Virus record (IMG/VR): IMGVR_UViG_3300037483_000262
Coordinates: 1-35,885 of that record
DNA from: a virus
Taxonomy: Duplodnaviria > Caudoviricetes
DNA: 35,885 nucleotides
Direction: 5' to 3' (one strand)
Made by a program: the position numbers and the translations under genes. The notes beneath the pieces are model-generated. The model saw only the letters and a program-made list of their open reading frames with translations, had not been told where the DNA came from and searched no databases. Shown piece by piece: positions 17,531 to 25,248 of this stretch; position 1 is the stretch's first letter; each line of letters opens with the position of its first letter.

Positions 17531-18272
17531 TGTTCTTCTCTCGGTAATATTTAAGAATTCGCTTCTGCATATTATTTTTCCAGCGATTAGCCTGATCTTT
17601 TTCCTTCCGGTCCATCGTAACAATCTTGCCACCATGACCTCGCCGACCCAGGCGAGCCGCGTGACTCTCTAAGCGACGCAAATACATAGTGCAAGGTACA
17701 TCAGTCTTGACGAAGCGTGCGCCGGCTTCCACTAAATCAGCCACAAAAGGCGCATTGGGATAATCGTGAGGCTTGTATGGATACTTTTCCCAAAAGCTCC
17801 GACGAAACGGCGAGTGGCCGACAATAAAGCCCTTGCCGCGATATAGAGTCGCCATTTCCTCCGGCGTCTTAGGAATATGAGTCAATACTTTGGACCGGCG
17901 CCACATCGCCTTTGACTGCCACATGATACAAATATAATCAGCCTCCGCTTCCAGCCGAGCATATTCATCGATGGCGTCAGGCAACAAAACATCATCAATA
18001 CTCAAATATTGAATCCATTCGGTTTCGCTCTCATTAATTGCAGCATTTCGCATTGGCCCCATAAGAGGCTTTACTCTTTCGCAAAAATGAAATTGCAAAT
18101 CAAGCATAGAATATTTATCCAATAGCTCGTTGTAATTTTCCAAGCCGTGATCCTTGCCGAGCGCTATAATCACTTTGGTAGGCAAAGTCTTGCTCTGCGA
18201 AATAGCCTCAAGCCATTGATTCGCGAACCGGCCATAATCGTTATAGGCAATAGTTACAATAGCGATATCCAT
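17517..18272 (-). CDS. Glycosyltransferase, GT-A fold (family 2-like)
   Basis: IAIVTIAYN, WLEAISQS, MRNAAI, EWIQYLSIDD (DxD-like). Start at 18272 is TGATG-coupled to the nitroreductase gene. Confidence 0.85.
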   Translation of the reverse strand: MDIAIVTIAYNDYGRFANQWLEAISQSKTLPTKVIIALGKDHGLENYNELLDKYSMLDLQFHFCERVKPLMGPMRNAAINESETEWIQYLSIDDVLLPDAIDEYARLEAEADYICIMWQSKAMWRRSKVLTHIPKTPEEMATLYRGKGFIVGHSPFRRSFWEKYPYKPHDYPNAPFVADLVEAGARFVKTDVPCTMYLRRLESHAARLGRRGHGGKIVTMDRKEKDQANRWKNNMQKRILKYYREKNNDVF

Positions 18273-18856
18273 CACACGTCCATCTTGTCGATTAAGTTTC
18301 GCTTTTTTTCGATCGGCTCGGGGTGCGGATACCCAAATATGAAGGCGCCACAAAATACCGCACCTTCCTCCCAACCCTCCGGCGTGAACCGTTGGTAGAA
18401 AAATTCCTTGTTCTCGTCGCGGATATTCGGATTAATAAACGCACAATGGAGGCCAAGCGCTGTTGCCATAAGCGAAAGCTGCTGGACCATCACGCCGGCG
18501 TCAATATAGCTGTTGTAGTTAATTTCACGGCCACCATCAGCCTTGTAAGCGACCGGATCAGCCATCAGAAGAAAAATCATCGGAGCGCGGTAAACCCAAC
18601 CGGTCCCGCCGACCAATAGGCCGTCGAGTAGGTCTTTGTCGTTCCGCTCGGTAATGATTTTTATTCTCACGCCATGCCGGTCGCAACTGCTCGGGCAATG
18701 CTTCACGCACTCGAGCAAATCTTCAACGTGTTCTTTGCTGACTGCCAAAGTATCGAACCGGCGATTACTGTGGCGTTCTTTCATAAGAGCGATAAGCTCC
18801 TGCTTTTTCCCAAACTGCTGATGAAGTTCGTAACGTGGTTGATATGGATCACCCAT
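18272..18856 (-). CDS. Nitroreductase-family flavoprotein
   Basis: RHSNRRF, CPSSCDRHG and DAGVMVQQLSLMATALGLHCAFI...FGYP motifs. Confidence 0.9.
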   Translation of the reverse strand: MGDPYQPRYELHQQFGKKQELIALMKERHSNRRFDTLAVSKEHVEDLLECVKHCPSSCDRHGVRIKIITERNDKDLLDGLLVGGTGWVYRAPMIFLLMADPVAYKADGGREINYNSYIDAGVMVQQLSLMATALGLHCAFINPNIRDENKEFFYQRFTPEGWEEGAVFCGAFIFGYPHPEPIEKKRNLIDKMDV

Positions 18857-19151
18857 TGATTAAATCCCCTACTTCTGGTTTTTCTTCCTTAAGTTCTTTT
18901 GAAACGACATTAATACTTACTTGGACCCGAGCCTCGTCGATTTTCTGCCAAAGCTCCGACTTAATGACCGTATTGCCTTCTTTATCCGTCACTTCCGACT
19001 GACGCATTTCATAATCGTCACGTTTAGTTGGATTGTCTAATTTATTCCGTTCCCATAGGTCCCGATCCAACTTGTCCCGCGCCATTTGGCGCTGATACCT
19101 AAAAGTTGAAAGGAGTTTCCCCAGAGTCGAGGAGTTCCGCTTGTTTACCAT
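18849..19151 (-). CDS. Hypothetical protein
   Basis: 100 aa ORF overlapping both neighbours in the operon. Confidence 0.6.
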   Translation of the reverse strand: MVNKRNSSTLGKLLSTFRYQRQMARDKLDRDLWERNKLDNPTKRDDYEMRQSEVTDKEGNTVIKSELWQKIDEARVQVSINVVSKELKEEKPEVGDLING

Positions 19152-20553
19152 CTTTGCTCCAATCGCCTATAAGTTTTTCTTGTTCAGCTTCACCTAACCG
19201 ATCGACCTCTCGGTGTTCACTGTCTTTAACCTGATAAATACCAAGCCGCCCTTCAACCTTAATCAAATCTTTGAATTTGGCGTTATTGGCGGTATAAATC
19301 TTTATTTGGCGGCTATTCTCGTCACGAGCCGAACCGCGAACAAAGCCTTTTTCGTCCATAGCACGGCGAAGGACATTTATTGAACTGCGCTTGTAGCCGT
19401 GCTCGGCGCACCAGTTCTCGTAATCCTGTTCGAGCAAGCGGAAGTTCAGGAAGCCGTGCAAGTCCTGGGCCACGAGCTCGTCGGCGTAGGTCTGCGCGGT
19501 ATTGGCGTCGGTATCGTATTTTTCTTTCATCAACGTCGTCGTGTCGCTGAAGACGTACTCGTATTTTTGCTCTTTGAGGATTTGCGCGTACTTGATGATT
19601 TCGGATACGAATCGAGCCACGAATTTTTTGGTAAAATTTCGTTCTTCAAAAGTTTCATCTGGTTTGAAGCGATTATTAAACGGAATGACAAGAGTACGAC
19701 GTCGAGCACCATAACTCTTGTCGCCGAAGGTAGGAATGTTGTTGGCTGAAAATATGTGGTGGACATTACCTTCAATTTGAACCATGTCCTGCGAGTGGAA
19801 CTTATGGACATTAAAACTTTCGTGCGTTCCGATAGATTTATAGGTCCGAGTATCTTCGACGTACCCTTCACTCGATTCCTTACAAATATTTCCAAGTTTT
19901 CCATTGAGTTGGGGGGTGTCCCGCTCGTCTTCGAGTTGTTTGACAGTGACTTCCGTAAGGTACGGCCCGAAGATTTTATAGAGTAAATGAACAAGCGTAG
20001 ATTTTCCATTAGCACCACCTCCTAAATACCAGATCACGCCAACTGGCTTTTTATCCATTATAATCGGCGCGATCGTCTGCATGATATCGCCGTAAACACC
20101 TTTGTCGCCGGAAGACAAATCCATGATGAACTCTAAGGGGGAGCTTTCCGGCTTCAAGTCAACCGGCTCATAATCAACGCGGTAAACACAATCCTCACTC
20201 GAAATTTCGTCAGTCCATTCGAGATTTTTCATATTCCAAACCCGACCACCAAAAGCAATATAATGAGCCTTGTCGCTCATATCCGGCGCTGTCGTCCGGA
20301 ACAAATGCTCCAAATCGGCCACTCGCGAACGACTCAAACCCTCGCCATGAACGCTATAACACGCCTCGGCAAATCGGTCACTAGTCAGATCGCGCCAGGC
20401 GCCATCTTCTTCAATAATTGTCGCGCCTTTGAATCGGGCGATCCGGTATCTAAATCGTAATTTCTCGGCCAGGCGTTGCTTGACCGGCTTATCGGTATCG
20501 CTGGCTGCGGGATTCAGCGCACCTTCAAATTTGTCAATTCCTTTGCGGCTCAT
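19099..20553 (-). CDS. D5/P4-family SF3 helicase
   Basis: Walker A GGGANGKST, Walker B-like ICKES, sensor FSANNIP, GARRRTLVIPF; C-terminal YENWC winged-helix-like segment. Confidence 0.88.
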   Translation of the reverse strand: MSRKGIDKFEGALNPAASDTDKPVKQRLAEKLRFRYRIARFKGATIIEEDGAWRDLTSDRFAEACYSVHGEGLSRSRVADLEHLFRTTAPDMSDKAHYIAFGGRVWNMKNLEWTDEISSEDCVYRVDYEPVDLKPESSPLEFIMDLSSGDKGVYGDIMQTIAPIIMDKKPVGVIWYLGGGANGKSTLVHLLYKIFGPYLTEVTVKQLEDERDTPQLNGKLGNICKESSEGYVEDTRTYKSIGTHESFNVHKFHSQDMVQIEGNVHHIFSANNIPTFGDKSYGARRRTLVIPFNNRFKPDETFEERNFTKKFVARFVSEIIKYAQILKEQKYEYVFSDTTTLMKEKYDTDANTAQTYADELVAQDLHGFLNFRLLEQDYENWCAEHGYKRSSINVLRRAMDEKGFVRGSARDENSRQIKIYTANNAKFKDLIKVEGRLGIYQVKDSEHREVDRLGEAEQEKLIGDWSKDGKQAELLDSGETPFNF

Positions 20554-20644
20554 ACGAGAGTCCTTCCCCCGAGTTCGCCGATTGTGTCGCCGCCATGTTT
20601 GCCCCCTTTGGTTTTTTTAATTACTTTGCGCGTCAGTAAAGTTC

Positions 20645-20653
20645 ACTATATCA
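20645..20653 (-). promoter_or_regulatory. Extended -10 promoter TGATATAGT for the helicase operon
   Basis: TGn plus TATAGT on the minus strand; TTGCCA lies 19 nt upstream of the -10 box. Confidence 0.5.
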
Positions 20654-20738
20654 CAAAAAATTACGCTTATGGCAACAGTAGTTTTTACAACCTACATATA
20701 GCGTAGCGAGGCTCCATTACTACACCATACTACCGTTA

Positions 20739-21998
20739 TTAAGCTGTTCGCTTCCACATATAAACTACGATGTATGGTTGCAAGTTATTGTGGGCGCCAC
20801 CACCGCCGGTACTTGTAGTGTTGGTCGCAGCCGGAGCCGTACCACTAGCATTACCGGTTCCGCTGACTACGTTATAGGTAATGTTTCGGTTTTGACTTGT
20901 TAATCCCCTAAAGCTACTAAAGCCGTCCATGCTTCCGTGTATATGAGCCGGCATTTCTGCGCTTGTAAGAGCATGGGTTTTTGCACCGCCAGTTTCTTCA
21001 GCCGTATCAAAGTCTGTGTCACCTGAATCCCGACCAACTAATACGCGACCAGCACCAAACGCTACCCAAGTGCCAAAGCCGAAAAGCGTATTCGGATTAG
21101 TTGAAACGATTGAAGTATAAATTGAGCCAACCGGATAGACGAGTGGCAATATCGCTCCGGCGTCGCCAGGTGGACCCTCTGGACCTTCGGGACCTTCCGG
21201 ACCAGTCGAGCCTGTTGCACCGGTTTCACCCTGCTCGCCTTGAACGCCCTGCGTACCCTGGATTCCTTGAATACCTTGCTCGCCTGGATCGCCTTGCGGA
21301 CCTTCAGGTCCAGTTGGACCGGTAGCTCCTGTCGCGCCAGTTTCACCCTGAATCCCCTGATCACCTTCCGGTCCAACCAAAGAAACCGGAATCCCCCAAT
21401 CACCCGCCGTTTTTGGCCCATACAGTTCGTTGGTAGCAGTATCCAAATAAAAATCACCGTCCTCGCCTTCAGTTGTAGGCGCAACCGCACCGCTTAATAT
21501 CGTTCTGCCGTCGGCCCCATCATTACCAGCAGCACCAGTTTCGCCTTGAGGTCCTTGCGCCCCTGTTTCGCCCTGTTCACCCTGGGAACCAGTTGCGCCT
21601 GTTTCACCAACCAACGAAGTCGGATCACCCCAAGACCCCAATGTTTTCGGGCCATAAAGCGTTGACGCACTCGTATTAATATAAAAATCACCATTGCTAC
21701 CCACCCCGCCGGAAGGATTTGACGCACCACTAAGAAGCGTCCTACCATTCACCCCATTTGTACCGTCCTCGCCATCTTCCCCTGCTGGACCAGGATCACC
21801 CTGCGGGCCGGCAGGTCCCTGCTCGCCAACCACTCCAACAGAATTCAAAATTGAATGGCCGTTCATGTCCAAATCGCGGTCCATTTCAATCGGCACTTCA
21901 GTTCTTGGCGGTATCGGGGGACTTAGGGTCTGATCGTGGGCCGAATTAAAATAAGCTTCAGCTTGTGCCGCCTCAATAATCTCATCTTCAGGAGGCAT
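20739..21998 (-). CDS. Collagen-like tail fibre protein
   Basis: Gly-X-Y repeats; two GRTxLSG...GDFY...LYGPK repeats; C-terminal YPVGSIY...GTW...GRVLVG...[17 protein letters not shown] tail/baseplate domain. Confidence 0.85.
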   Translation of the reverse strand: MPPEDEIIEAAQAEAYFNSAHDQTLSPPIPPRTEVPIEMDRDLDMNGHSILNSVGVVGEQGPAGPQGDPGPAGEDGEDGTNGVNGRTLLSGASNPSGGVGSNGDFYINTSASTLYGPKTLGSWGDPTSLVGETGATGSQGEQGETGAQGPQGETGAAGNDGADGRTILSGAVAPTTEGEDGDFYLDTATNELYGPKTAGDWGIPVSLVGPEGDQGIQGETGATGATGPTGPEGPQGDPGEQGIQGIQGTQGVQGEQGETGATGSTGPEGPEGPEGPPGDAGAILPLVYPVGSIYTSIVSTNPNTLFGFGTWVAFGAGRVLVGRDSGDTDFDTAEETGGAKTHALTSAEMPAHIHGSMDGFSSFRGLTSQNRNITYNVVSGTGNASGTAPAATNTTSTGGGGAHNNLQPYIVVYMWKRTA

Positions 21999-22225
21999 TA
22001 CTCTAACCCCGCAACAGTTCGAAGCTGCGAAATATTATAGCCAATCATGCCGGCTTTCGTTTCTGCGTTATAGACTAACGGCACGGAAAAACCGAACTGT
22101 TTCGATAGCTCCTCATACTCACTACCCTCCGCTTCATGCACCTCAAAATCCACTCCAATATGAGCCAAATATTTAATAACCATCGGGCAGTACGCACAAT
22201 TTGGCCGCTTAAAAATCTTAATCAT
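21998..22225 (-). CDS. Glutaredoxin/NrdH-like redoxin
   Basis: [13 protein letters not shown] (CxxC), FSVP cis-Pro motif, MIGY; start at 22225 with GGAGG RBS. Confidence 0.85.
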   Translation of the reverse strand: MIKIFKRPNCAYCPMVIKYLAHIGVDFEVHEAEGSEYEELSKQFGFSVPLVYNAETKAGMIGYNISQLRTVAGLE

Positions 22226-22455
22226 GCTGCCTCCGGCGGTTCTGGTAATGGCGTCGATTCGAGGGCTGGTGGTAGATCGGGAGCCGGCGACATAGTGGTA
22301 GTGCGACGATAAGCTTCGAGGCAAGCGGCGCCAACCTCGGGAGCCATGCGCCCCGATAGCACAGCGTCATGTATGCCGTCCTCAATCGTAATCTGTTCAG
22401 CCTCACGAAGTCCCCGATCGATAGATTCAACCGCTCTAAGATGTCGCTTGCTCAT
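22222..22455 (-). CDS. Small hypothetical protein
   Basis: Start MSKRHL at 22455 after a GGGGGA RBS; ATGA overlap with the redoxin gene. Confidence 0.6.
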   Translation of the reverse strand: MSKRHLRAVESIDRGLREAEQITIEDGIHDAVLSGRMAPEVGAACLEAYRRTTTMSPAPDLPPALESTPLPEPPEAA

Positions 22456-22633
22456 AGCCAATCCCCCCAATCTCGGTGTCATGTAAAAATTGTTGGACCG
22501 CCTCATCGAAAGTACATTGTCCGTCGTGATGTAAGTCGATAAGCTCATCAAAAAGTGCGATCCGAGCCAGCCTAATTTGGTAACGCTCAAGTATTTCAGT
22601 TTCTTGGTCGTATAGTTTTTCAGGCTGGCCCAT
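22436..22633 (-). CDS. Small hypothetical protein (first gene of the leftward operon)
   Basis: Start MGQPEK at 22633; the upstream extension of the ORF runs through low-complexity intergenic DNA. Confidence 0.55.
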   Translation of the reverse strand: MGQPEKLYDQETEILERYQIRLARIALFDELIDLHHDGQCTFDEAVQQFLHDTEIGGIGYEQATS

Positions 22634-22979
22634 AGTGCTTTTGATTATGCTACTCGGCAATACAAAACGCAAGAAAAAGCTATGTAATAATAGTGGCGTT
22701 TTGTCAAAAAGGCAAAAAAGCTGATCGGTCCGCTGTGGGAAGTATAAGCCTATTCCTGCACCCACCCACACCCTACCCCCCCTCCCCCCTGGTCTACCAT
22801 TCACCTTAGCCCTTCGCCTCCTTCCACCCTCCCCGCCTCCCAAGCTATTGACATACATTGACAGTATTATTATATATATGTCCGCTATTGACCCCTGATG
22901 AATTGGGTCGTTAAATAACTATTTTGCGACGTGAAAAACCTATTATAACATCACCACCTCTGTTAGTTTCTTACAACAC

Positions 22980-23184
22980 TTTGTAGACACTTAGACACTT
23001 GGTTTTCTATAATTAATAGCCTTTAATACTTTTATTAATTTTTAGAATACTACTACAACAACTGTCTACAAATAGAACAGCGACAAAATAAACTTTTGTA
23101 GACACCACCACACCCCTGTTTTACCTCCTCCCTGCCTGTTGTAATTTTGTATACGATTTGTAGACACTTGTAACTGTCTACAAA
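22980..23184. repeat. Five TTTGTAGACA iteron-like repeats (putative replication origin)
   Basis: Forward copies at 22980, 23095 and 23157; reverse copies at 23063 and 23175; AT-rich spacers; located where the two arms diverge. Confidence 0.75.
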
Positions 23185-23223
23185 AACACCTATCATAATA
23201 ATTAATAATTCCATTAATAGTTA

Positions 23224-23252
23224 TTGACAATTAATAATCCATTTGGTATACT
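23224..23252 (+). promoter_or_regulatory. Strong sigma70 early promoter TTGACA-17-TATACT with extended TG
   Basis: TTGACA at 23224-23229; TGG-TATACT at 23244-23252. Confidence 0.85.
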
Positions 23253-23257
23253 GCTTG

Positions 23258-23460
23258 CAGGATCGATTGACGACCGGACCGACAACGACAAAGCTACATA
23301 GCAGTCACGGCCAACAGTCAAACAATCCTGATCAATAACAATATAAGGATACAGTTTCCACTACTACCCGACGCAGAGTAAAGGCAATATGCTGGCGGTT
23401 CAAATCCGCTCCCTCCATGAAGGCAGAACTCTTAGGGTGGGTAGTCGCGGGAACTGTACG
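23258..23460 (+). ncRNA. Putative structured leader/ncRNA containing a tRNA-like T-arm
   Basis: Two multi-stem domains starting at the predicted TSS; GGCGG-TTCAAAT-CCGCT at 23394-23410. Confidence 0.5.
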
Positions 23461-23480
23461 AAGAGAAAGGATAGATCGCC

Positions 23481-23924
23481 ATGAGCAAGCTATTCACTAA
23501 GTACGAAGCTATCTTGAAGGGTGGCACAATTAAAGAAGGCGAGATTTTAGGGCTGAAAAAAATTCTAAACGGTTACGCCAACGTATCAGTAACAGAAGAC
23601 GAGCGAAAGCAATTGCTTGATCTTGTATATGAGCATGAGCCGCGAGTCACTAAAGAACAGGCCGAAAAAGGCTTGAACTGGTTGAATAATCAGCGCCGGA
23701 CCCCTCGAGGTGTTGAGCGGAAAAATAATCCGTTTGGTACTCGAGAGGAGCAAATTCTTGACGACTTCGATCACTTTACCTTAAGCGGTTTCTATGATCT
23801 ACGAATGGCCTCAAGTTTTGCGCCGGAATTACATAACTACGTTCAATGCTACACGGTTCACGACAACGAAGGGTACTCTTTTGAGTATTATGTCGCCGGC
23901 GGCCAGATTGAGATTATAGGATAA
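23481..23924 (+). CDS. Hypothetical early protein
   Basis: 147 aa; RBS AAAGGA. Confidence 0.8.
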   Translation: MSKLFTKYEAILKGGTIKEGEILGLKKILNGYANVSVTEDERKQLLDLVYEHEPRVTKEQAEKGLNWLNNQRRTPRGVERKNNPFGTREEQILDDFDHFTLSGFYDLRMASSFAPELHNYVQCYTVHDNEGYSFEYYVAGGQIEIIG

Positions 23925-24064
23925 TGACTCAATATCTGATCAGCGCAAGCATGAAGCCGTATACCGTAAAAGTCCAGTTTGTAGAAGAGGCGGCGAACTG
24001 GTCCGAGGTTACGGCCAAATATCCCGACGCCGAATTAATAAAAGTGATAAAGGAGTCAAAATAA
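23924..24064 (+). CDS. Small hypothetical protein (46 aa, not in ORF track)
   Basis: MTQYLISASMKPYTVKV...KESK; TAATG-coupled at both ends. Confidence 0.75.
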   Translation: MTQYLISASMKPYTVKVQFVEEAANWSEVTAKYPDAELIKVIKESK

Positions 24065-24351
24065 TGTACACAATCATAAGCGCAAAGCGATTAAGCAACG
24101 GCGCCGGCGGGAGTGATATATTCACCAAGTCCGGCCAGGTCCGAAAGGATTGCAACGTCACAACTTTCGATGGTACGCCGGAAGAAGCCAAAGCCTACCT
24201 GGACACGATCAAATACCAGGCGACCGGCAAGCCGTATGTCTTCACTCATATCGAAGGCCGCGATCTGTTCAACTGCCGAAGTATAGTCAGGCAAGATGTT
24301 AACGGCCTGATCTGCTCACCTCAAAAGCTGGCTGATCTGCTAGGAGTGTAA
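24064..24351 (+). CDS. Hypothetical protein
   Basis: 95 aa; RBS AAGGAG; TAATG overlap. Confidence 0.75.
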   Translation: MYTIISAKRLSNGAGGSDIFTKSGQVRKDCNVTTFDGTPEEAKAYLDTIKYQATGKPYVFTHIEGRDLFNCRSIVRQDVNGLICSPQKLADLLGV

Positions 24352-24416
24352 TTGATGGACCTGTGGCCGGAAGTCCTTAAAAGCCGGATCAACCATAACA
24401 AATAAAGGAGGGTATA

Positions 24417-24710
24417 ATGTCTACACTGTCAAGCTATAAGCTAGACTTTGAGGAATTACCCCTAAAAACCCGAAAGGGTGGGAAGGACAGTAAAATGTCA
24501 AAAGCAAACCAGACTGAAGCACCCGCTAAAGTCTACAACAAGACCCGAGGCGAGCACGTCAAAGACGTTATGATCGCCGTTCTGGTCGCTAGCATAATCG
24601 CCTTTATTGGCGGTATGCAGTTCGCTAACAAGCAAAACGCTACTGTTAGCGAGGCGGTGAAAGCCGTTACATTAACACAAGACGCCGAAGCGACCTCCCT
24701 AAAAAAATAA
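24417..24710 (+). CDS. Membrane-anchored protein (possible N-terminal part of a frameshifted transglycosylase)
   Basis: TM helix VMIAVLVASIIAFIGGMQFA; RBS AAGGAGG; alternative start at 24495; ends CTA AAA AAA TAA. Confidence 0.75.
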   Translation: MSTLSSYKLDFEELPLKTRKGGKDSKMSKANQTEAPAKVYNKTRGEHVKDVMIAVLVASIIAFIGGMQFANKQNATVSEAVKAVTLTQDAEATSLKK

Positions 24711-25087
24711 TGGGGGCCGCTCCTCCGGAAGTGGAGGAGGTCAAAGCACCCCCTCTTACTGGCTGTGAGGCTGTGCGAGCGGAAATCGCCGAGTATGGCG
24801 GTTGGGACGTGAATCTGGTGGCGGCAATAGCCGAAGCCGAGAATCGGGCCTGTAATCCGCTCAAGCATAATCTAACGGCAAGCGAAACACACCGCCGGCG
24901 CGACGGATCAGTGATATGCGTCGGGAGCTATGGAGCTCTACAAGTGGGGTGCTTGCACTACCGCGAGGGTGAGGACCGCAATGACTTGAAAACCAATGTC
25001 AAAGTGGCTCACCGAGTTTGGGAGGGATCGGGCTACACGGCCTGGACAATGTACAAAAACGGAACATATAGGGAGTTCTTAAAATGA
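24710..25087 (+). CDS. Lysozyme-like / SLT lytic transglycosylase domain
   Basis: VAAIAEAEN (candidate catalytic Glu), SYGALQV, NVKVAHRVW...GYTAW. Confidence 0.8.
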   Translation: MGAAPPEVEEVKAPPLTGCEAVRAEIAEYGGWDVNLVAAIAEAENRACNPLKHNLTASETHRRRDGSVICVGSYGALQVGCLHYREGEDRNDLKTNVKVAHRVWEGSGYTAWTMYKNGTYREFLK

Positions 25088-25248
25088 GATATTACTATTT
25101 GGAGCGGCCTTCCCGACTTAAACGGAACGCCGGTCGATCATTTTGGACGATACTGGCCCTGCTAGTGTTGCTCATGCTATGGGACGCGCTATTCAATAAC
25201 TGCGGCTGGTTCATTAATTTAATAATATGGAGTTCGGAGCGAATATGA
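25084..25248 (+). CDS. Small membrane protein (54 aa, not in ORF track)
   Basis: MRYYYLERPSRLKRNAGRSFWTILALLVLLMLWDALF...; ATGA overlaps at both ends. Confidence 0.65.
   Translation: MRYYYLERPSRLKRNAGRSFWTILALLVLLMLWDALFNNCGWFINLIIWSSERI

Noticed and set aside
21160-21830. DNA tandem repeat array
   Set aside because: The periodicity is fully explained by collagen Gly-X-Y coding.
22634-22858. Gly/Arg-rich N-terminal extension of ORF 22436-22858
   Set aside because: It results from translating the G-rich low-complexity intergenic tract; the ATG at 22633 is the more plausible start.
22848-22880. Promoters from the tandem TTGACA at 22848 and 22858
   Set aside because: No good -10 hexamer at 16-18 nt spacing and no downstream gene nearby.
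22980-23184. CRISPR array
   Set aside because: The repeats are only 10-13 bp, in mixed orientation and irregularly spaced; there are no cas genes.
23340-23425. Complete tRNA gene or tRNA-derived attP
   Set aside because: Only a T-arm is present, with no matching 5' acceptor strand, D arm or anticodon arm, and no integrase is seen. Kept as a structured-RNA finding instead.
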